NCBI GenBank assembly: GCA_010909165.1
Contig: MU008155.1
Coordinates: 2,294,001-2,358,000, forward strand
Length of the DNA: 64,000 bases
Direction of reading: 5' to 3'
Source of the DNA: Anthoceros angustus
Lineage: Eukaryota > Plantae > Anthocerotophyta
Part shown: piece by piece, positions 57,917 through 64,000 of the stretch
Layout: each line of letters opens with the position of its first letter
Numbering within the stretch: position 1 is the first letter of the stretch
The notes under the pieces: model-generated
What the model was told of the DNA's origin: nothing
Seen by the model: only the letters and a program-made list of their open reading frames with translations
The model's database searches: none
Position numbers and translations under genes: made by a program

Positions 57917-60900
57917 CTATGCTTTTGGATCTGTGGCACCTGCATTGGTTTTGTCTTGTATAGCCTCAACTGGCGGTGTATCATTTGAAAACTTCTCTTT
58001 CTCGCCCACTTCTGTAAAGGTCTGAACTGTGTCACCGCTGTCAGACTGCACTTGACCAAGCAATGGGTGTGCACCAGCGTGCTCCTCATCCTCTGCAGCT
58101 TTTTCTGAGGACTCTTGATGAGTGGTCGCAGGCGGTTGTGCATCTTGTTCTGCATCTTTCTCAGGGATCTTTAGGGGAATGACATCTCTATTTTCAAGAG
58201 CTGTTTTGCTGTTTACTGCTGCCGCAGAAGGGTCAGCAGAGCTACCTGATGTTGTTGGATCAGTCTCATCATGAGGCTCTTCAGGAGAAGAGCTAGATTT
58301 TTCCCCGCCTTTGCCGCTTGATTGGAGTACTTCACCTCCCGCGTTCGACTGTTCTGGCTCGACGATGTCTTCAGGGTAAATGTGACAAAGGTACTCACTT
58401 GGGACGTACTTTCCATTCCTGCGGAGGGGATAGAGGCACTGTTGTTACCCAGATTCCTTCCTCAGGCATGTCAAGCATCCGAAGAACGACATAGTGGTAT
58501 GTAGTCTACTTACACATATCCGCGAAAATGCATCCCAAGCTCATCATGGACAATAGGGCCAGCGTCCGGGGCTGCGATGATGTTTTCTTGCGGAACTGCA
58601 AAGTCGACGTACGAGAATCAGAATCTTAGATTCTACATGAGACAGCGATAGTACAGATAGTACATAGCAATCACACAACCATTCTTCGAGTTTCCCAGCA
58701 TTTGACAGTCTGGACGTACCGTAGGTGGCAGTGGGACTAAGATCGTCGCTTGCACTCGAAGACCTGTTCCGCTGGTTCGGCAGAACCCTATAAAAGGGTT
58801 GAGTTCGTCCGAACTGAAGCTGGTCCACCTGGAAAGCTCGTTAAAATTCAGTATTTCTAACTATGAAATATTGCATGACAAAACTTCACTTTCCAATTTG
58901 CAACAGCTTCAAATAACATACCTTCATAGTGGAGATCCACTCCTCATCAGCTGAGCACTCGGTGTCCCATCCAAAAATAACACCGATGTAAAGCAGCCGA
59001 CGATGTCTTATTGTGCTACCAATTCTATAGAGAACGTGTGGTGGTCTTGGAGCTCTTTTCCTGCTGCACCAGGCCTGCAGACATGGATTTACAAGTCACT
59101 GTTATCACACAACCTTGACGAACAAAGATGAACTGCAAACAAATGAATTATGCATGCTCCTTACAGCGTGTACTCCCCTCCTCTCGAGGGCTCGTTGCAA
59201 GAATTGTTGTAAAAGAGCACTCGGAATTCCTTCTTGACCATCTCCTCCACCTCCCCTGCCGTCAGCTCTTTGCAACAGCTCCTGCACAGCACCACGACAC
59301 TCACTCGTAATCGCTATCGAGGCAGGACACATGGGTGATGGTTAAACGCCTCTCCCGTAGCCGTCCAGATGGGTCATCTAAAGCAACACAAACAAGTGTT
59401 GAATTGATCATAGAACCAACATAAAGAACCTTGGAGGGTTGAGAAGGATCACCTGCAAGTCCTCAAGTGCAGCCTCGAAATCCGTCATTTCAAGTAGAAC
59501 CTGGGAAGAACAGGTGCACACCCTCAATACAGCAAATATTTGGGCGTAACTGCAGCTTTCTGTGAAGCTGTATCATGCTATTAACCTTTGCTCTGCTGAA
59601 ACGATGGGAACAGTCATCCGGCGAGATTAGAAGTACTAGATCTAGTAACGGTAAGATCATCTGCTTCCTCCACTTCGGTATGTGTCTGGCGCTGCCCTCA
59701 CTCCCCTGCAGACAAGCAGATTTGCCACAGCTTAGGAAGCTCCGTTTCTCTTCACTTCAGTAAACAACTCGCCAGGCACTAGCAACTTGCCTGACGGAAC
59801 ATTGTGATAAGGTTGTCGCACAAAGCAACCAATAGGCTCGATGGAGGAACTGGGGCAAGCATACTAGGGTTAAATGGCAAGCCCATCATTCTGAAAAACG
59901 AGAGAGATACTGCTTAGGAACATACAAGAAATCTTTAGAGAAGGGTGGAAAGCCAGTAGAGCCTACGTTTACATCACTACTGATATTGACATGCTGCCAA
60001 CTTGTACTGGACATGCGTGGCCAAAAGTACCCACAGTATCAGTTCCATACACTCGTGACGCTGGAGAACCCCTCCAGAAAACAGGTGGACAAATCGTTCC
60101 TCAGCGTCCCCTTCGTTCCCCACCTTGGTCATGAAAAGCATAGGGATTGCAACTACTTGCACAGGAATACCACATCTCCGGCCTACAGCAGAATGAATAA
60201 TTCCAAGGCTGTCATGACAATTTTGCAAAGAAATCATATCAGAACCGAATGGAAGATCACAACCTGACCGACAAAATGTAGCTGGGCTGCTGACGTTCAC
60301 TACGGAGATAACAGGCAAGACAAGCCACAAACCTGAGGTCCACACCTTTCCGGGAATCAAGAACATCATTAATATACAACCTCTCAGGAGGATAGAACGT
60401 TTCTCTGCTTGCAGAGAGGTTCAGGCACTCCGGGTCATCAGAGTCATCGTAATTCAGCGGAGCAAGGGGATCTGCTGGTTGTCTGAAGAGGAGCGCATTC
60501 AAAAGCTTCAGTCCAATTAACGCCCCGCCTGGCGTATTGATGCCCCCTTGTCGCTCGATCCTGGTGTTGTCGTGCAAAAATCAGTGACACAACAGAGCGC
60601 AACACACTACAGCAGGTAAAATAAGAACGAAGTGTGGTCCTTACTCGGCATCCTGCTTGAGTCTGCGGCTAAGCACATTGGCAACATCGTCTATCCTGGA
60701 TTCAATGGCATCTATGTCCAAGTCTTCATATCTGTCAAGAGAACGGGCTAACGACACGGTGCATGAGAATGCGGTGGTGTTACAACGCCAACTTCACGAA
60801 ACAAAGCAATTGCCCGGGCAATGAAATTGAAAGGTAATCCTAGATCCTGTACCTCAGCTTCGCAATGATTAGCGCTCCCCTCGCCAGTTGGTCCTCCAGC

Positions 60901-61857
60901 TACATACAAGAAGACGATGAACAGTATGAGACAATAGTCAGTCAGCATTATCCAGTACTAGTGAGAGACCGTCGAAAGGAACGTGAGGACGTGGAACCTG
61001 TACTGCAAGCAATTCAAGAGGATCTAGGGCACAGGAACGAGGATGCGTGAAGGGCGACGGAAAGGAGTTCGAAAACCATCCATCGGACTCCTCAATTGAC
61101 TCCTCAGATCCTCTCGATTGACACAAACGATGCTTAATGCCTGAGGCAAGGGCTCGTTACCTGCGCGACGGAAGTCGCAAGCAGGGCTTCCATCGCTTTC
61201 ATACAGTTGCTCCGATTGATCCGCTCCACTGCAAGACCTGCAAAGAAACGTGTCCCCTCCTCCAAGTCACCGTCTCTTTTCGCTAGCCGCTCCAACTCCT
61301 TCACACCAGACAACGACAGCCCGGCATCAGTGATACCCGAAAGAGCTTTGAAGCAGCCATAGCCGCGAAGCTCAACTTGCAGCGTCAAGCGCCGTACGGA
61401 CCTCCACCACCAGATTTCCAAGGGCAACCAGTTTCCTCAGGTAGCCAGGCAGCTTGAGCGGCCATCCCATTCCCGCCACAAGCTGCTTCGCCGATCTCTC
61501 CGATTCTATTCTCCACCGACAAAACTTGTGCCATTGCACAGCAGCCAGCTGAGACGGCACCCTGCTCCCCTCAAAATCAGGCAAGTTCTCCCAGACACGC
61601 CAAAGACGTCGACAAATTCGCTCCCACAGCGCATTAGACGCTGCAGCAATACGCCACGCCCGGCAAACCTCGCTTGCTCGAACTACATCCTGCAAGCTCA
61701 AATTGCCGAACACCTGCGCGGCATTCACACCAAACCTCACCACAAGCACCACTTCAAGCTCCAATCTCAACCGCAACGCACCATCGCAGCAAACAGTACG
61801 CACGTTCAGCAAAATCTCATCCGGCAGCTGCCACTGGCCAGATCTGGAAGCAAGCAT
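57917..61857 (-). CDS. FBXO21-like protein: F-box + transglutaminase-like (Transglut_core2) + YccV/HspQ hemimethylated-DNA-binding-like domain; multi-exon
   Basis: F-box LPDEILLNV|...LSLQDVVRASEVCRAW; RLYINDVLDSRKG...IIHSAVGRRCGIPVQVV; YccV LYRIGSTIRHRRLLYIGVIFGWD..C.ADEEWI..MK|VDQLQFGRTQPFYRVL...VPQENI...GKYVPSEYLCHIYPED; acidic tail to stop at 57917-57919. Confidence 0.82.
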
Positions 61858-63879
61858 GTTGCTAAGCGCGGCAATTGGCCATGCCGCCTCCTTCCCTCCC
61901 CCTTCTCAGCCGAATTACGCACAGCTCCTACACGACTACCGAGCGGCCTCCACAAAGCAGCTGGCATTGCAACATCGCCTGAAAAAGACGCAGCAAATCC
62001 ACAATTGAAGGCCTCGGAGGAGCCAATTCCGCACGCCGGGGATCAGAGGGCCAAGAAAATTGCAAACTTGGTAACTTCCGTAAGGCAATAAAGCGGATCA
62101 CAGGCGCACTGACATGCATGGCGAGGAGCGGAAGAAAGCCGGACCGGGAACCCGCATCCGGACGCTGCAGCATCACGGTTGCAGTAAAAGCAAGAGCAGC
62201 AAGGTGCAGTACCTTCCCAGGGCCAGGGGCGCAGCCAATTGCCAAGCCGGTGTGTGGAGGAAAGCAAGACCCGCCTCTTCGCTCCCGCCTTTCCTCGCTC
62301 ACAGCGTACAGACCTGCGGCAGCGGCATCTGCGACTGGCACTGGCGGGGGCAAGTGTGGCAGATCCCGGCGCCCGGGACAGGCCGTGCTCCGGACGGCGA
62401 GACCCAGACCCAGACCCAGACCCAGACCCAGTCCCAGTCCCCAGTCCCCCCGCGCTGGACTCCTCATTCCTTCAAAGTCGGGGAGATGGCATGCGCCACT
62501 CCTGCGCACTTGGCACTGGGACTGAACATTCTTGGCTGCGCCGCAAATTGCTGCGCGCTTCGCGTTGCAGAGAGAAGAGAAAAGGGCGTAGACGGGCGGA
62601 GAGGAGTTAACGGAAAGCCGGCTGCTAAACCAGGATTCACGCGCATTGGCCGCACAGATTGCGTGCTACCCGCACACTAATGATAGCGTATCGACTGCAA
62701 AGCACCCGGCCTACCGGGTTCCACGGACCGGTAGGGAGCAGACGGTTGGTATGGCGCCCCCGTTCAGGTTCAGGATAGAAGCGTGCCTGAGAAGCCTGTA
62801 GCAGGCCCGGACAATAATCCCATGAGCCTCACCACCGCTTCTCATTGGTTATTGCTCGCTCTACCACGATATCACACTCATCCCACGTCCACACATATCT
62901 TTTCCTTTTGCCCAAAATACAATATCTCCCTTCTTATTTCCCCATTATTGCATCCTTTATTTATCCCAAAAACCACCATAACTTCTCCCTCCCCAAGCCT
63001 ACCCCATGAAATATGAATCCTTGGTCTCACCTACATCCCTACATCCCTACATCGGAACGGTTCGGGCTGGATGACTAAAACTTTTACTCCTTGCTGTGCC
63101 ATGATAATGTATATAACCCAAGCCCAATCTGTATTAGGGAGGCTCAAACATTAGGTTCGATGGTCAAACCGGAATCCCTTTTGACCCCTGAAATAGGCTC
63201 AATAAGTTGACGGCTTGGAGATGGGACCCGTTTAGGGTACCCTATTTGCCACAAACCGGGAAATGGTAAGAACCCGTTTATCAAAAATCTCATTGGAGGC
63301 GACGTAGCAATGTATGGCAGCCCTTATTCTCGGGCAAAGGTAAAGGTGGGGAGTTTTAGTGGGTGAGGGAGTTTTTCCCAAGTCCCACATAACCTGCGAT
63401 GGTATCTAGGCACGTACTCAAATGACCTCGGGAAGAGTATAGTCTCTTCCTGTTGGGATGATACGATGTGTAACATAGGGGAATCAGAACCCTTGCTGAA
63501 GATTTCTCCCCCGGGGTTGTTTTGATTTATTTTCAAAATACCAAATTAAAAAGAAATCAAAAATCTCATTTGTCACTTGAGTTAGGGTTTGTATGAGGGT
63601 TCTTCAGCGCTCGTCTTCCTCTACTTCACAAAATGCCTTTAGTAAGTCAGCGACATCAAGTGTTGGAGCCGGTGGTCCAAGTGGTAGATTTGAGTTTCTT
63701 GATGGAGGAGGACAACTCTCACTTGGAAGGTGCTAGTGGTGAGAAAGAAACCAGCAAGCTTTCACTTAAGAGCTTCGAATACGCGTATTTATTTGGTGAC
63801 GACCCATCATCGCTATAGTGGTTACAATTCTACTTGTGCCTTCAATAGGAGAGGTACTTGGCAGACAGGACTCGGGGGT

Positions 63880-64000
63880 AAAAAGTTCATAGTACGACTC
63901 ACTCATTAAGTTCACAGTATGACTCATATGATATGTGTCATAGATCATTTCGTCAAATGACTAGAATGGACAAGCAATCATTCTTCTCTTTGGTGGACAT
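63880..64000 (+). mobile_element. Possible start of a PIF/Harbinger transposase remnant at the window edge
   Basis: YDMCHRSFRQMTRMDKQSFFSLVD resembles the N-terminal 'F...FRM.K..F..L' helix of Harbinger transposases; upstream stops. Confidence 0.35.

Noticed and set aside
61528-62680. Several 120-190-aa ORFs on both strands upstream of the F-box gene
   Set aside because: They overlap the F-box exon/intron and a (CCCAGA)n microsatellite; low-complexity translations with no domain signal

Overview
Eukaryotic nuclear DNA from a compact, intron-containing land-plant genome. A non-seed plant such as a hornwort is my inference, from the short introns, high gene density and a PLS-class PPR gene with a WW-type PG box. 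Host genes: two PLS-E(+) PPR genes, a BTB/POZ protein, a secreted double-DUF3455 protein plus a disrupted paralogue, a GDSL lipase, tRNA-Gly(TCC), a DUF72 protein, an AT5G13590-like low-complexity protein, a degenerate quinone-oxidoreductase, an FBXO21-like F-box/transglutaminase-like/YccV protein and a few uncharacterised genes. Roughly a third of the window is transposon-derived. A Ty1/Copia element (8553-24221) sits in a DUF3455 paralogue and is itself split by a 9.0-kb Sola2-like DNA transposon (13537-22549, imperfect TIRs, 4-bp CATT TSD) whose left arm carries four 5S-rRNA promoter-like fragments. A Ty3/Gypsy fragment (32616-35816, minus) encodes a DNMT3-like C5 cytosine methyltransferase between its protease and reverse transcriptase; this is the most striking system here. 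hAT, LINE, Myb/SANT and Harbinger remnants are also present. Many indels and microhomology-bounded tandem duplications may be partly long-read or assembly artefacts. All family assignments are from motif recognition by eye; no database searches were run.
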